The notes under the pieces are model-generated. The model made no database searches and had not been told where the DNA came from. It was given only the letters and a program-made list of their open reading frames with translations. A stretch of 62,750 nucleotides of DNA, the filler included, from Candidatus Fermentibacterota bacterium (GTDB lineage Bacteria; JAFGKV01): NCBI GenBank assembly GCA_016928395.1. It is 6 parts of 6 records of this genome, joined end to end, with 100 filler letters (N's around TTAATTAATTAA, not from the genome) between each part and the next. Parts side by side here need not be neighbours in the genome. Positions count along the whole stretch, not along the records: positions 1 to 20,076 come from JAFGKV010000091.1; positions 20,177 to 34,333 come from JAFGKV010000093.1; 4 more parts are not named here. The stretch is one strand, 5' to 3'. Shown piece after piece: positions 9,936 through 20,504 of the stretch (the stretch's first letter is position 1; each line of letters opens with the position of its first letter). A program made the position numbers and the translations under genes.

Positions 9936-10951
9936 CGGATCTTGCCCCGCAGGCCGCCGGAGAGCCTCACGTGGTCTCTGGTGAGACAGCCCGCGGCGCC
10001 TGGGTCAGTTACGATGACGGTTTCAACGCCCGGCATCCTCTCGACCAGGGCCATGCCGTCACCGGGTCCCAGCACGAAAACGCCGGTGGAGAGCGCATCG
10101 GTGGTGGTGGCATCGGCGGCAAGAATCGTCACTGACAAGACGTCGTCGGCAGGTCTGCCGGTGCGAGGGTCCACAATGTGGCCGTATCGTATGCCGTCTC
10201 TCACGAAGTACTGCTCATACTGGCCGGACGTTGCCAGGGCCGCGTCGTTGATTTCCAGAGAGCCGACGAGGCGGTTGTGATGGAGGGGGTCGCGAATACC
10301 GACTGCCCACACTCCCCGCGTGGGGCCCTTGCCCAGGGTGGCCACGTTGCCTCCCAGATCAACCATACATCGCGTGACCCCGTGTTGGGCCAGCGCGAAA
10401 CGGGCAATATCCGCGGCGCAGCCCTTACCTATGGCGCCTGCATCCAGGCGCATTCCAGAAGGAAGGTATACTCGCCGTGTGGCCGGATCCAAGAACACCT
10501 TGGCAAAGCCGATCAGGTTCAAGACGGAATCGATCTCTGCCTGCGCCGGTACATTGCCTTCGCCCTGGAGCTTCCAGAGCCGCATTAACGGACCGATGGA
10601 GGGATCGAAGGCCCCATGGGTCAGGTCATGGAATCGGCCACAGGCCAGCAAGACCTCCATGGTTCTGGCCGATACCTCGACGGTGTCCCGCCCGGCCGAT
10701 TCATTGATGCGAGAGAAATCTGACCCTGGTCTGTAGATGCTGAGCGCACTGTCCAGGCCGGCCGCCGCGTCGAAAGCAGCCCGCGCTGCGGCGTGGGCTG
10801 CAGGGGAGGACTCGCTGATTATGGTTATTCGCAGGTACGTGCCCATGAGTGGGAAATCGAATTGGTGGCGCGGCGCAGAGCATGCCGCTGCCACGGTCAG
10901 AGCCACCGCCGCTACCCGGCAGACTGCGCCCACAGAGGCGAGACGATTCAG
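9920..10951 (-). CDS. apbE: FAD:protein FMN transferase ApbE
   Basis: 'MGT', 'GAFDPSIGPL', 'DAGAIGKG', 'ATSGQYEQYF...YGHIVDPRTGRP', 'DALSTG'; lipobox-like AAAC. Start uncertain (CTG 10951 or GTG 10933). Confidence 0.9.
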   Translation of the reverse strand: MNRLASVGAVCRVAAVALTVAAACSAPRHQFDFPLMGTYLRITIISESSPAAHAAARAAFDAAAGLDSALSIYRPGSDFSRINESAGRDTVEVSARTMEVLLACGRFHDLTHGAFDPSIGPLMRLWKLQGEGNVPAQAEIDSVLNLIGFAKVFLDPATRRVYLPSGMRLDAGAIGKGCAADIARFALAQHGVTRCMVDLGGNVATLGKGPTRGVWAVGIRDPLHHNRLVGSLEINDAALATSGQYEQYFVRDGIRYGHIVDPRTGRPADDVLSVTILAADATTTDALSTGVFVLGPGDGMALVERMPGVETVIVTDPGAAGCLTRDHVRLSGGLRGKIRWAIS

Positions 10952-11385
10952 GCGCCTATCCCCGCCGATTCTGCGCTCACTATCCGGGCGGCGAATCGAG
11001 CTCCCTTCGGCATACGGTTCCCCAGGAGCCGCACCACGGGCACGCTCAAGGCGAGTCCCAGCGCGGCGAACAGGAAGGACCGTTTTTCGCCCCCGGTGAC
11101 CTGGCCGATCACTGCGCCGGCGAGCAGCGCGGCCAAAGGAATTCCGTAGAGGATGAGACTGGCCGCCAACAGGCCTTGGTCGGTGATCTCGACTCTCACA
11201 AGGTCGCCAGGGCGCACACCGACAGGGTCGTTCACCCACAACGATCTGCCCTTGCGGGGACTCCCAAACGCGCAGGTTCCCTCGGCTCCGCACGCGGCGC
11301 AGGCCTCGGTGTCGGCGACCTTGACCAGCGCGGTGTCTCCGTCGACACGCTCCACAATGCCCCGGCACGATCCGTCGTACGCCAC
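10948..11385 (-). CDS. rseC: RseC/MucC family protein
   Basis: CxxCxxxxxC ('CAACGAEGTC'), 'GDLVRVEI...LILYGIPL' and two C-terminal TMs; lies in the rnf operon. Confidence 0.85.
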   Translation of the reverse strand: MAYDGSCRGIVERVDGDTALVKVADTEACAACGAEGTCAFGSPRKGRSLWVNDPVGVRPGDLVRVEITDQGLLAASLILYGIPLAALLAGAVIGQVTGGEKRSFLFAALGLALSVPVVRLLGNRMPKGARFAARIVSAESAGIGA

Positions 11386-11386
11386 G

Positions 11387-12208
11387 TCAGCCCAGTTGCG
11401 TGGTCAGATCCACGATCTTGATGGCTCCGGTGGGGCACTTCTCCACCGTCTCAGGGCGGCTGGCGGTGGCTTTTGCATAGTCTACTACGGCAAGATTCTG
11501 CTGCATCGTGATCGCACCATCAGGATCACGTTTCGCGCAGATGCCGCACCCGATGCACGCGACCTGACACGCCTTCCTCGCGATTCCTCCCGGGTCTCTG
11601 CTGGAGCATAAGACTATCATCCGCTGTTCCTGCACCGGATGCATCCGCAGCAGGGAACGCGGGCAGGCATTCACACATGCCATGCAGCCAGTGCACTTGG
11701 CGGGATTGACCACTGGCAGCCCATTGGGGCCGATGTGGATGGCATCGAATCGGCAGGCCCGCACGCAGTCGCCTAGACCAAGGCACCCCCAGATGCAGGC
11801 TTTGAACCCGGACTGCACCAAGGATGCGGCGCCGCAGGTTGCCGGGCCCGAATAGCGGGCACGGTGGGGCGATTCGGCCTCACCGCCCTGGCAGTGAAGC
11901 ACGGCGATGCGCTTCACGAAGCCGCCGGCCTCTACTCCCATGATGGCTGAAAGCCCTGCAACGGCCTCTGCACCGCCCGGGTTGCACCGGTCGAGCGGGG
12001 CAGTGCCCGCGACTACTGCTTCGGCATAGCCCCGGCAGCCCGGATAGCCGCAGCCACCGCAGTTGAGCCCGGGTAGGATGTCTGCGGCCCGGGAGACCCG
12101 GGGATCTTCCTCCACCGATAGCTTCTTGTCCGCAATAGCCAGCCCCAGAGCGAAGAGAAGCCCCAACCCTCCCATGCTGGCCGCGGCGATGATCAGGTAT
12201 GTCTCCAT
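11387..12208 (-). CDS. rnfB: Rnf complex subunit B
   Basis: 'LPGLNCGGCGYPGC' and several 4Fe-4S motifs. Confidence 0.93.
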   Translation of the reverse strand: METYLIIAAASMGGLGLLFALGLAIADKKLSVEEDPRVSRAADILPGLNCGGCGYPGCRGYAEAVVAGTAPLDRCNPGGAEAVAGLSAIMGVEAGGFVKRIAVLHCQGGEAESPHRARYSGPATCGAASLVQSGFKACIWGCLGLGDCVRACRFDAIHIGPNGLPVVNPAKCTGCMACVNACPRSLLRMHPVQEQRMIVLCSSRDPGGIARKACQVACIGCGICAKRDPDGAITMQQNLAVVDYAKATASRPETVEKCPTGAIKIVDLTTQLG

Positions 12209-12218
12209 ATCGCCTCCC

Positions 12219-12797
12219 TTACCCCTTGATCAGGCCTTGGAAGCCCATGAACGACAGGGCCAGCAGGCTGGCAGTGATAAGTGTGATACCCGCGCCCCTC
12301 AGATTGACCGGGACATCCGCCAGCTCCAGTTGCTCCCGGATGCCCGCCATAATCACCAAAGCCATGGTGAAGCCGACTCCGGCCCCGATCCCGAAGACGA
12401 CTGACTGGAGGAAGCCGTAGTCACGCAGTGCAGACAGCAGGGCCAAGCCCAGAATGGCGCAATTGGTCGTGATGAGCGGCAGGAAGATACCCAAGGCCCG
12501 GTAGAGCGGCGGGCTGGTCTTGCGTACGAACATCTCCACGAGCTGCACCAAGGAGGCGATGACGAGAATGAATGAAACGTACTGGAGGAACGGCACATTG
12601 AACGCGATGAGAATCTTGTGATTGATGAACCATGAAACCGCCGCGGTCATAGTCATCACGAACGTAGTGGCCAGGCCGAGGCCGATGGCCGACGATATGC
12701 GATCGCTTACACCGATGAAGGGGCAGATACCCAAAAAGTAGGAGAGGACGAAGTTGTTGACGAGCACCGTCGATATGAAGAGCAGCAAATACTGCAT
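12219..12797 (-). CDS. rnfA: Rnf complex subunit A
   Basis: '[16 protein letters not shown]', '[16 protein letters not shown]'. Confidence 0.95.
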   Translation of the reverse strand: MQYLLLFISTVLVNNFVLSYFLGICPFIGVSDRISSAIGLGLATTFVMTMTAAVSWFINHKILIAFNVPFLQYVSFILVIASLVQLVEMFVRKTSPPLYRALGIFLPLITTNCAILGLALLSALRDYGFLQSVVFGIGAGVGFTMALVIMAGIREQLELADVPVNLRGAGITLITASLLALSFMGFQGLIKG

Positions 12798-12808
12798 CGC
12801 GGCCTCCC

Positions 12809-13438
12809 TCACTGCGCTGCCGGGGCACGGCGTTGCCGGCGCGCGGCGATGAGGTTGCTGGTGCCAATCAAGACACCAAGAGCCAGAAATGCCCCCGGGG
12901 GCAAGAGCATGATGGTCCAACGCTCAAATACCTGGGGCAGCAACGTGACTCCGAAGACGCTGCCGTTGCCCAACAGCTCGCGGACGCTCCCCATGACAAT
13001 GAGGGCCAGAGTGAAGCCGACTCCCATGCCCGCAGCATCGACGATGGATCGTCCCACAGGATTCCGTGAGGTGAAGGCTTCCTGCCTCCCCAGGATTACG
13101 CAATTGACGACGATCAAAGGCACGAAAGGACCCAAGGCCCGGGAGATATCGGGGAACTGGGCCCGAAGGAAGTAGTCGGCGATGGTCACGAATCCCGCAA
13201 TAATCACGACGTAGACAGCGATTCGGACCTGGCTGGGGACCATCTTCCGAACCAGGCCGACCAGCGTGGACGACATGAGCAGCACGAAGCTGGTGGCGAG
13301 GCCCATGGCGAAGGCATTGACGGCGGAGTTCGTGACTGCCAAGGTGGGGCACATTCCAAGAACCTGTTTCAGTATGGGATTCTGCGCCCACAGGCCTTTG
13401 GTGAACTCCTTGCCCAGGGGTGTTGGAGTCTTTGCCAT
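12809..13438 (-). CDS. rnfE: Rnf complex subunit E
   Basis: '[17 protein letters not shown]', '[12 protein letters not shown]'. Confidence 0.95.
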   Translation of the reverse strand: MAKTPTPLGKEFTKGLWAQNPILKQVLGMCPTLAVTNSAVNAFAMGLATSFVLLMSSTLVGLVRKMVPSQVRIAVYVVIIAGFVTIADYFLRAQFPDISRALGPFVPLIVVNCVILGRQEAFTSRNPVGRSIVDAAGMGVGFTLALIVMGSVRELLGNGSVFGVTLLPQVFERWTIMLLPPGAFLALGVLIGTSNLIAARRQRRAPAAQ

Positions 13439-13442
13439 ATCG

Positions 13443-13997
13443 CTACCCTCCCGCCTTTCGAGCTGCGTCCAGTGCATTGTTCACGATGCCCTCCACGGCC
13501 TTGGAGGAGATGGTGGCGCCGGTTATGGCTTCCACGCGGCCGGTGGCCCGGTCGAGTATGCCGCCCTTGACGACGGCAACCTTTGGGGCAAGGGCTAAGC
13601 CCTGAAACTGGTTCAGGAATTCCTCGCCATCGATCTTAGCACCAAGGCCCGGCGTCTCTAACTGCTTTAGAACGCGGAGCCCCAACACGGTGTCGCAGTC
13701 GGCGCTGAAGCCCGCCATGAGGCTGATAACATCCTGGAACCCCGTGCCCTGGGCCCGCACGGCAATGCCCACCAAGGCGTCGTTTTCATCATAGCCTCGA
13801 TAGAGGGAGAAGTCGCCCGAAGCGGCTTCCTCGAACCGCTGGGCCCCGGGGAGGACCCGGTACACCGCTCGCTCCAACTCCGCCCGCTCGTTTCGTTGGA
13901 TGGTAGGCCACGTCGCCGCGAACACGAAGGCGAGCAATGAACCGATGATTGCCGCAGTCAGCGTCAACACGACGATCATGTGCAGGGCGCGCTTCAT
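13443..13997 (-). CDS. rnfG: Rnf complex subunit G (FMN-binding)
   Basis: 'ETPGLG' and the FMNylation motif 'AITGATISS'. Confidence 0.92.
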   Translation of the reverse strand: MKRALHMIVVLTLTAAIIGSLLAFVFAATWPTIQRNERAELERAVYRVLPGAQRFEEAASGDFSLYRGYDENDALVGIAVRAQGTGFQDVISLMAGFSADCDTVLGLRVLKQLETPGLGAKIDGEEFLNQFQGLALAPKVAVVKGGILDRATGRVEAITGATISSKAVEGIVNNALDAARKAGG

Positions 13998-14989
13998 GCT
14001 GCTCCTCCCTTCCCGTGGCCGTAGATTGTGGGTACGGTCCATCGGTTGATCAGAGGAGTTATGGCATTCATGAAGAGTATGGAGTACATCACGCCCTCAG
14101 GATAGCCGCCCCAGAGGCGGATGAGGGAGACGATGAGGCCCCCGCCGATGCCGAAGACCAGCTGGCCTCGGTGAGTCGTAGGAGAGGTTACCATGTCCGT
14201 GGCCATGAAGAAGGCACCGATGAACAGGCCGCCGGAGAGCAGATGAAAGGGCATGGGCGCGAAGGCGGCCGGGTCAACCGCATGCATGATAGCGGTGAAA
14301 ACAACCACGGTGCCCAGATAGGTAACGGGAATATGCCAGGTGATGACCTTGCGATAGAAGAGAAAAGCAGCGCCCAGAAGGACCGCCACGGCTGATGTCT
14401 CTCCTAGCGAGCCTCCCACATTGCCCCAGAACAGCTGGCCCAAATCGGTAAGCTGCCTCTCGAACTTGAACATGCCCAGAGGAGTGGCGCCGGTGACCGC
14501 CTGGAGACCGGGGAACGGTGAGGGGGCCGTCCACGTCGTGAGGGCCACGGGATAACACGCCATGAGGAAGGCCCGGCCGATGAGGGCGGGGTTGAACACA
14601 TTGAAGCCCAGACCCCCGTAGATCATCTTGCCGAGCACGATGGACACTGCTGCGCCGACCACCATGATTTGTAGTGAGCTCGCCAAATGCGGCGACATTC
14701 GGGGGGGCAGGACGAGGGCCAGAAGAAGCCCAGTGACCACGGCGCTGCCGTCCCGCAGGGATGAGGGCCGCCCTCGGGCACGGCAGGTGAGCCACTCCGC
14801 CAGCATGGCTGCGCCCACGCACACTGCGATATTGAGCAGGGCGATGATCCCAAAGAAGTACACGGCTGCCGCGGCGCAGGGAAGAAGGGCCATGGCCACC
14901 GTATACATGATGGCAGGAACCGAGTCCCTGTCACGCAGATGCGGCGACGAGGCAAGCTCCAGTCCCATTTCATTCGTAGCGTGAGCCAT
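13994..14989 (-). CDS. rnfD: Rnf complex subunit D
   Basis: 'SSPHL', 'GGLGFNVFNPAL', 'TGATPL', 'FFMATDMVTSP'. Confidence 0.95.
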   Translation of the reverse strand: MAHATNEMGLELASSPHLRDRDSVPAIMYTVAMALLPCAAAAVYFFGIIALLNIAVCVGAAMLAEWLTCRARGRPSSLRDGSAVVTGLLLALVLPPRMSPHLASSLQIMVVGAAVSIVLGKMIYGGLGFNVFNPALIGRAFLMACYPVALTTWTAPSPFPGLQAVTGATPLGMFKFERQLTDLGQLFWGNVGGSLGETSAVAVLLGAAFLFYRKVITWHIPVTYLGTVVVFTAIMHAVDPAAFAPMPFHLLSGGLFIGAFFMATDMVTSPTTHRGQLVFGIGGGLIVSLIRLWGGYPEGVMYSILFMNAITPLINRWTVPTIYGHGKGGAA

Positions 14990-14997
14990 GTCTCCTC

Positions 14998-16329
14998 CTA
15001 TGCGGCTCTGGTGCGCCGGAGAGCGGCTTTGCCGACCCGCATCCAGTGAACAAGGGGTATCTTGGCCGGGCAGCCATAGGCGCAGGATCCGCACTCAAAG
15101 CAATCCAGGAGTCCCGAGGCCTTTGCCTTGCCTTCGAGGCCGTTGCGGCAGAGCGCGGCAATGGCCGACGGCACAAGGTGCATGGGGCACGCCGTCACGC
15201 AGCGACCGCATCGGATACACGGGTACTCCCTGGCCGGGGCGAGCTGGGCCGCCGTCAGAGCCAGGATTCCGCTGGTGGTCTTTGTGACCGGCACCTCGAT
15301 ATCGGGAACTGCTACTCCCATGAGTGGGCCGCCCAGAATGACTCTCTGGGCCTTCTCGGGAATCCAACCGCATTCCTCCAGCAGCACCCGTACGGGTGTG
15401 CCGACCAAGGCCAGCAGATTCGCCGGTGACTTGACTGCGCCGCCCGCCACCGTTACGACGCGCTCCATGGATGGCATGTCCTTGAGTACTGCGTCACGAA
15501 CAGCAGCTGCAGTGCCGACATTGGAGACCAGAACACCAACATCGGCGGGGAGCCCGCCACTGGGCACCTCCCGCCGGGTCAGCGTGTGGATCAGCGTCTT
15601 CTCCGCACCCTGCGGGTATCGGGTATGCACAACCTGAACTCGAACGATCCCGCGTAGCCCGGCGTGCTGGGCCGCATCGGCCATGGCACGGGCGGCATCG
15701 GGCTTATTGTCTTCGATGCCAATAATGCCGATCGTGGCGCCTAACGCATGCATGATCAAGCGCATGCCGTCGACGATATCCGATGCGCGTTCCAGCATGA
15801 CCCTATGGTCCGCAGTCAAGAATGGCTCGCACTCGGCGCCATTGAGGACGCAGATCTCTACCTTCTTGGGTGGAGGCGGAGAGAGTTTCACGTGGGTCGG
15901 GAATCCGGCGCCCCCCATACCCACTATGCCTGCTCTTCGCACCATGGCCTTAACTTCGGCCTGAGGCATGGCCAAGGCGTCTTCCAGAGATCGTATATCC
16001 TCGGGAATAGCGGGTTGGAACCCCGGGAGCGGACTCAGCACCACGGAGGGCGAGAATCCCCCGCCCCCATGCGGTCGAGGCTCGACTTTCTCCACGGTGC
16101 CCGGTGCGCTGGCGTGGACCGGGGCCGATATCAGCGCATCCACGTCACCGATCATCTCCCCCCTCTGGACCTCCTGCTTCGGCTTCACCAAGGGCTTGCA
16201 GGGCACACCGGTATGCTGGCTCAGGGGAATCACCAGCATGGCTGGAACGGGTGCCCGGCGCGTGGCGACACCCTCGGTGGCACCCTTGCCAGGATCGGGG
16301 TGGACACCCCACGACGTATGCAGGTGCAT
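14998..16329 (-). CDS. rnfC: Rnf complex subunit C
   Basis: 'GIVGMGGAGFPTHVK', 'NGAECEP', 'CIRCGRCVTACP', 'CFECGSCAYGCP'. Confidence 0.95.
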   Translation of the reverse strand: MHLHTSWGVHPDPGKGATEGVATRRAPVPAMLVIPLSQHTGVPCKPLVKPKQEVQRGEMIGDVDALISAPVHASAPGTVEKVEPRPHGGGGFSPSVVLSPLPGFQPAIPEDIRSLEDALAMPQAEVKAMVRRAGIVGMGGAGFPTHVKLSPPPPKKVEICVLNGAECEPFLTADHRVMLERASDIVDGMRLIMHALGATIGIIGIEDNKPDAARAMADAAQHAGLRGIVRVQVVHTRYPQGAEKTLIHTLTRREVPSGGLPADVGVLVSNVGTAAAVRDAVLKDMPSMERVVTVAGGAVKSPANLLALVGTPVRVLLEECGWIPEKAQRVILGGPLMGVAVPDIEVPVTKTTSGILALTAAQLAPAREYPCIRCGRCVTACPMHLVPSAIAALCRNGLEGKAKASGLLDCFECGSCAYGCPAKIPLVHWMRVGKAALRRTRAA

Positions 16330-16901
16330 ATCACCTTCCTCGCGGTGTCACGGGCCGTGGACGGCACACGATGCGCCGGAAGAACGGCCCGCATCTGGGC
16401 GGACTGGGTGTATCACAATGGCGTGGCAGATTACCCCGTGACCGGGGTATTGGCAATGCCGCACGCATGCACGTATCAGGCTGCCGTTCGGTCTCGGGAG
16501 GCACGGCTGCCCGCAGGTTCCTCTGGGAAGGCGGAGTGCGGAATGGTGGGTATACGGTGGACGAATGGATGGATGGATGGAAGGACGGATGGAGGGAGGG
16601 AGAACATCGATGAGGGAAGGGGTCGCCATCGGAGTCGTTCATCCGACGATTCGACTGCACGACCGGCTGTAATAGCGATTGCCACGGGATTGCAGCATGG
16701 CGCGAGCTGATCGGCAGGCAGCACTAGGCAACCGTGACTCCGGCCTGAACCATGAACCCCTTTCTCCGCAAGAGATTCGTACTCTCAACCTCGAGAACAC
16801 CAGTGCGTCCGCGCACTCAGAAACCCGATTGGCATCTGGGCGGAGAGCAGGAGGGAACCCACCCGTCCTCGACCGTGGCCGCTTCTTCGGATACGAGTGT
16901 C

Positions 16902-18989
16902 CTATCGATCTCTGGACTCGCGCTGGGTCTTTATGATCTTCTCGGCGAGAGACGAGGGAACTGGCTCGTAGTCGGCGATGTGCATGGTGAACACGCCTCG
17001 GCCGCTGGTGAGATTGCGCAATTCTGATGAGTAGCCGAACATCTCGGCCAGGGGTACGAGAGCCTCCACAATGACCGAATCGGCGCGTTTCTCGAGATTG
17101 GCGACCTTGCCTCGCTTGGAATAGAATGAGGCGGTAACGGCACCGGTGTGTTCCTCCGGCGTGATGACTTCCACCGACATGACCGGTTCCAGAAGCACCA
17201 AGCCGGCCCGTCTGCATGCGTCGCGGAAGCCCACCGCTCCGCAAGTGCGGAATGCATGATCTGATGAATCGACCTCATGCGATGAGCCATCCAGCACGGT
17301 GACCTTGACTGCCACCATGGGGAACCCCGCAAAGGGCCCCTCGGCCATGGCGTCAGCAACGCCCTTTTCGATGGAGGTTATGTACTCGCGCGGGATTGCT
17401 CCTCCGATGATCTGGCTTTCGAACTGCAGGTCTGATCCGGTTTCGCCCGGCTCGACCCGGATAATCATGTGTGCGTACTGCCCGCGGCCGCCCGTCTGCT
17501 TCACATGGCGATGTTCGTGTACCACCACGCCCACCACGGTCTCCCGGTAAGCGACCTTGGGCGGTCCCGCCACAACCCCAACGCCAAACTCCCGCCGGAG
17601 GCGATCGACGATGATCTCCAGATGCAGTTCACCCATGCCTGAGATTACCACCTGGCCGGTTTCGGTGTTCACCCGGGACGTGAAGGTTGGGTCCTCCTCG
17701 GCCAAGCGGATGAGGCTGAGGGCCATCCGGTCGTCGTCGGCCCTGTTTTCCGGGGTCACCGCGATGCTCATCACTGGGGCAGGAAACTCTATTGCCTCCA
17801 GCAGCACAGGGTGATCCTCGCTGCAGAGGGTGTCGCCGGTGAAGGTGTCCGTCAGGCCTGCCACCGCCCCCACATCGCCCGCGTGAAGTTCGTCGACTGC
17901 CTCACGGCTGTTGGCGTGCATCTCGAACACGCGTCCGAGGCGCTGACGCTTGTCACGGGTAGAATTCAGCACATGCTCACCGGCCTTGAGGACGCCGGAG
18001 TACACTCGCACATAGGTCAGTTTCTTCACGTGTTTGTCCGCCTGCACCTTGAAGGCCAAGGCTGCCAGCGGGGCGTCGCTCTGGGGACGCTGGATGACTT
18101 GGATCCCTTTGGGATTGGTTCCCGCCATTGCGGGAAGGTCGACAGGTGAGGGGAGGTAGTCGACCACTGCGTCGAGGAGTCGTCGAATTCCCTTGTCCTT
18201 GCCTGCGGCTCCACACAAGACGGGGATGATCTTCCCGTGGAAGGTGGCCTGTCTCAACGCGAACACGATCTCGTCGCGCTCGGGTTCTTTGCCGTCGACG
18301 TACTTCTCCAGCAGAGTCTCGTCATGTTCGCTGACACGCTCGATCAGTCGCTCCCTGGCTTCAGCGGCAGGTTGCCTGAAGTCTTCCGGTATGGGGGCCT
18401 GCCGTAGCACTATCCCGTTCGGTGTCTCGTCGTAGAACACCGCCGACATGTTGACCAGGTCGACAATGCCCCGGAAGGAAGACTCCGCGCCTATGGGGAT
18501 CACAAGCGGTACGGCATTCGCGCCCAACTCCTCTCGAATCTCACGGACTACGGAGTCAAAATTGGCACCCATTCTGTCCATCTTGTTGACGAAGGCGAGC
18601 CGGGGCACACCATACTTCGCGGCCTGACGCCACACCGTCTCAGATTGGGGCTGCACCCCTCCTACCGCACAGAACACCGCTACGGCACCATCCAGTACAC
18701 GAAGAGAGCGCTCGACTTCCGCAGTGAAGTCAACATGCCCAGGAGTATCGATGATGTTGATCTTATGTTCGCGCCAGTAGGTGGTTGTGGTGGCCGATGT
18801 AATGGTAATGCCGCGTTCCCGCTCTTGTACCATCCAATCCATGGTCGCATCGCCGTCATCCACTTCTCCGATTCGGTGGCGCTTCCCGGTGAAGAACAGG
18901 ATACGTTCAGTGACCGTGGTCTTTCCGGCATCGACGTGGGCCATGATGCCGATATTCCGTACTTTGGCTATGTCAATCGAACGAGACAT
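16902..18989 (-). CDS. fusA: Elongation factor G (stand-alone copy)
   Basis: G1 'AHVDAGKT', 'ERERGITI', 'DTPGHVDF', 'NKMD', 'GMGELHL', 'KQTGGRGQY'; start placed after a GGAG RBS. Confidence 0.95.
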   Translation of the reverse strand: MSRSIDIAKVRNIGIMAHVDAGKTTVTERILFFTGKRHRIGEVDDGDATMDWMVQERERGITITSATTTTYWREHKINIIDTPGHVDFTAEVERSLRVLDGAVAVFCAVGGVQPQSETVWRQAAKYGVPRLAFVNKMDRMGANFDSVVREIREELGANAVPLVIPIGAESSFRGIVDLVNMSAVFYDETPNGIVLRQAPIPEDFRQPAAEARERLIERVSEHDETLLEKYVDGKEPERDEIVFALRQATFHGKIIPVLCGAAGKDKGIRRLLDAVVDYLPSPVDLPAMAGTNPKGIQVIQRPQSDAPLAALAFKVQADKHVKKLTYVRVYSGVLKAGEHVLNSTRDKRQRLGRVFEMHANSREAVDELHAGDVGAVAGLTDTFTGDTLCSEDHPVLLEAIEFPAPVMSIAVTPENRADDDRMALSLIRLAEEDPTFTSRVNTETGQVVISGMGELHLEIIVDRLRREFGVGVVAGPPKVAYRETVVGVVVHEHRHVKQTGGRGQYAHMIIRVEPGETGSDLQFESQIIGGAIPREYITSIEKGVADAMAEGPFAGFPMVAVKVTVLDGSSHEVDSSDHAFRTCGAVGFRDACRRAGLVLLEPVMSVEVITPEEHTGAVTASFYSKRGKVANLEKRADSVIVEALVPLAEMFGYSSELRNLTSGRGVFTMHIADYEPVPSSLAEKIIKTQRESRDR

Positions 18990-19326
18990 TTGTGCTCCGT
19001 CGAGAACGATCAGATTCTGCGTCAATGGCTGAGCAGTGGATGGGATGCGCCGGCGGCCCCTGCATTCCGAAAACTGCGCCCGAAGGCGCCAATATACGAA
19101 ACCTGCTCTGTTTTCGCACCTGAAGATTGGGTGCCGGTGTTGACGTCACATGTCCGACGGTGGAATTTGGCTCCCGGCCATACCTGGGACCGAGGGATGT
19201 CGCCGGCACGCTGTGCGGTAGATGGGCTGGGGAGAATGCCACTTCAGGGTCTCGAACTTCCGAGGCATCCACGCGAGCAGCGTGGCGGGTGTGCGTATGG
19301 TGTTCGCACAAGAAAGGATCTGTACC

Positions 19327-19896
19327 ATGCATCGACTTGGTATCGTGGAACGCGGGAGGGTGACCATTCTTGTGGCTCTGATGGCGCTGTGGCTTCCGAC
19401 CGGCTCAGAGGCCCAGTACTTCTACGGCTACGGCATCGTTCAGCAGGCAGGCGGCGATGAGACCGTGGGTTTGGGCGTCCCCCTGGTCGTGAAGACAAGC
19501 ACACTCGGGGGAATCGAGGCGGGTCTCAATTTGGAGCGGGTCAACCTGGCTCTGGATTTCTTGTTCGGTTCGACCGATCTCACCATGGAAGGTGCCACTC
19601 TCGAAACGAAGCTTTTCTTCGTCGATGTCAACCTCGATTTCGTCGCGCTCAAACGACCGATAAGCCCCTTTGTTACTGCGGGAATCGGTTCAGTCAACTT
19701 TAGCGATTCCCACGTTGGTCCGGAACTATTCAACGAAACAGATTTCTCGTACAACGTGGGGGCAGGGCTCTGTGCGGCGTACAAGCGTCATTTCCTTGCC
19801 AAGGCCCTCTACCGTGCCACGTGGACGACGATGAAGGAGACGGATAGGGCGATTCGTTTCGATGGGCTCAGTTTTGGCTTGGGCTACGCTTTCTGA
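19327..19896 (+). CDS. Outer-membrane beta-barrel (OmpA-like/porin family) protein
   Basis: Signal peptide, amphipathic strands, 'SPFVTAGIG', C-terminal 'GLGYAF'. Confidence 0.75.
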   Translation: MHRLGIVERGRVTILVALMALWLPTGSEAQYFYGYGIVQQAGGDETVGLGVPLVVKTSTLGGIEAGLNLERVNLALDFLFGSTDLTMEGATLETKLFFVDVNLDFVALKRPISPFVTAGIGSVNFSDSHVGPELFNETDFSYNVGAGLCAAYKRHFLAKALYRATWTTMKETDRAIRFDGLSFGLGYAF

Positions 19897-19996
19897 CAGG
19901 CACCTCTCGTCGCCCCCAGCAGCGTGCGTTCCTGTGGTGCCGCCGCCGCGCCCTCAGAGGCCCTCCTGAACCCTTGGCAGCTCCCCCCGCACCTAG

Positions 19997-20076
19997 CCCC
20001 CGTTTCCTAGTTACGCAGGAGGACAACCTCGGAGGGGTTGTAGGACAACGAGTTTCTGAGAGGTTGGTGTATTACC
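19997..20076. mobile_element. Possible IS terminus at a contig end
   Basis: After CTAG (19993-19996) the sequence CCCCCGTTTCCTAGTT... runs into the assembly gap; no transposase is visible. Confidence 0.25.
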
Positions 20077-20176
20077 NNNNNNNNNNNNNNNNNNNNNNNN
20101 NNNNNNNNNNNNNNNNNNNNTTAATTAATTAANNNNNNNNNNNNNNNNNNNNNNNNNNNNNNNNNNNNNNNNNNNN
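20077..20176. other. Assembly spacer (N-run with TTAATTAATTAA linker)
   Basis: 100-nt N block with an all-frame stop linker. Confidence 0.99.
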
Positions 20177-20440
20177 ACGGTTCCTCGCAGGCCTCCGTAG
20201 GGGAGGGCGTCTCTGCCCTCCCGCACGCCGCTGGGCACCTCTGGATGCTGGTCGGGCCCGACACCGATAGCCGATAGCTGACAGCCGATAGCCACCAGCG
20301 GGCCGTACTCTCCACCTCGAAAAACGTGGGTGCTCTCGCATCCAGAGGCCTTACTGAGAACTGAAGACCGACAACTGAGAACTCCGAGCGAGACCTACCA
20401 TGAAGATTAAGAAGGAAAGAGGTTAAGGGGTAAGGGAATA
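20177..20440 (-). repeat. Mosaic intergenic element copy
   Basis: acggttcctc..gtaggggagggc hairpin, GATAGCC heptamers, reverse-strand 45-bp core, ACTGAGA heptamers. Confidence 0.8.
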
Positions 20441-20504
20441 ATGGGCATCACCTCATGTTGAATCTAAGGTATTCGGTGGGTGTCTTCAACCGCATATCGG
20501 CCTA

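Noticed and set aside
18990..19326. Riboswitch or ncRNA between fusA and the beta-barrel gene
   Set aside because: No recognisable aptamer or tRNA motif; likely divergent promoters.
20077..20176. TTAATTAATTAA palindrome repeated five times
   Set aside because: Artificial all-frame-stop scaffold linker inside N-runs; not biological.
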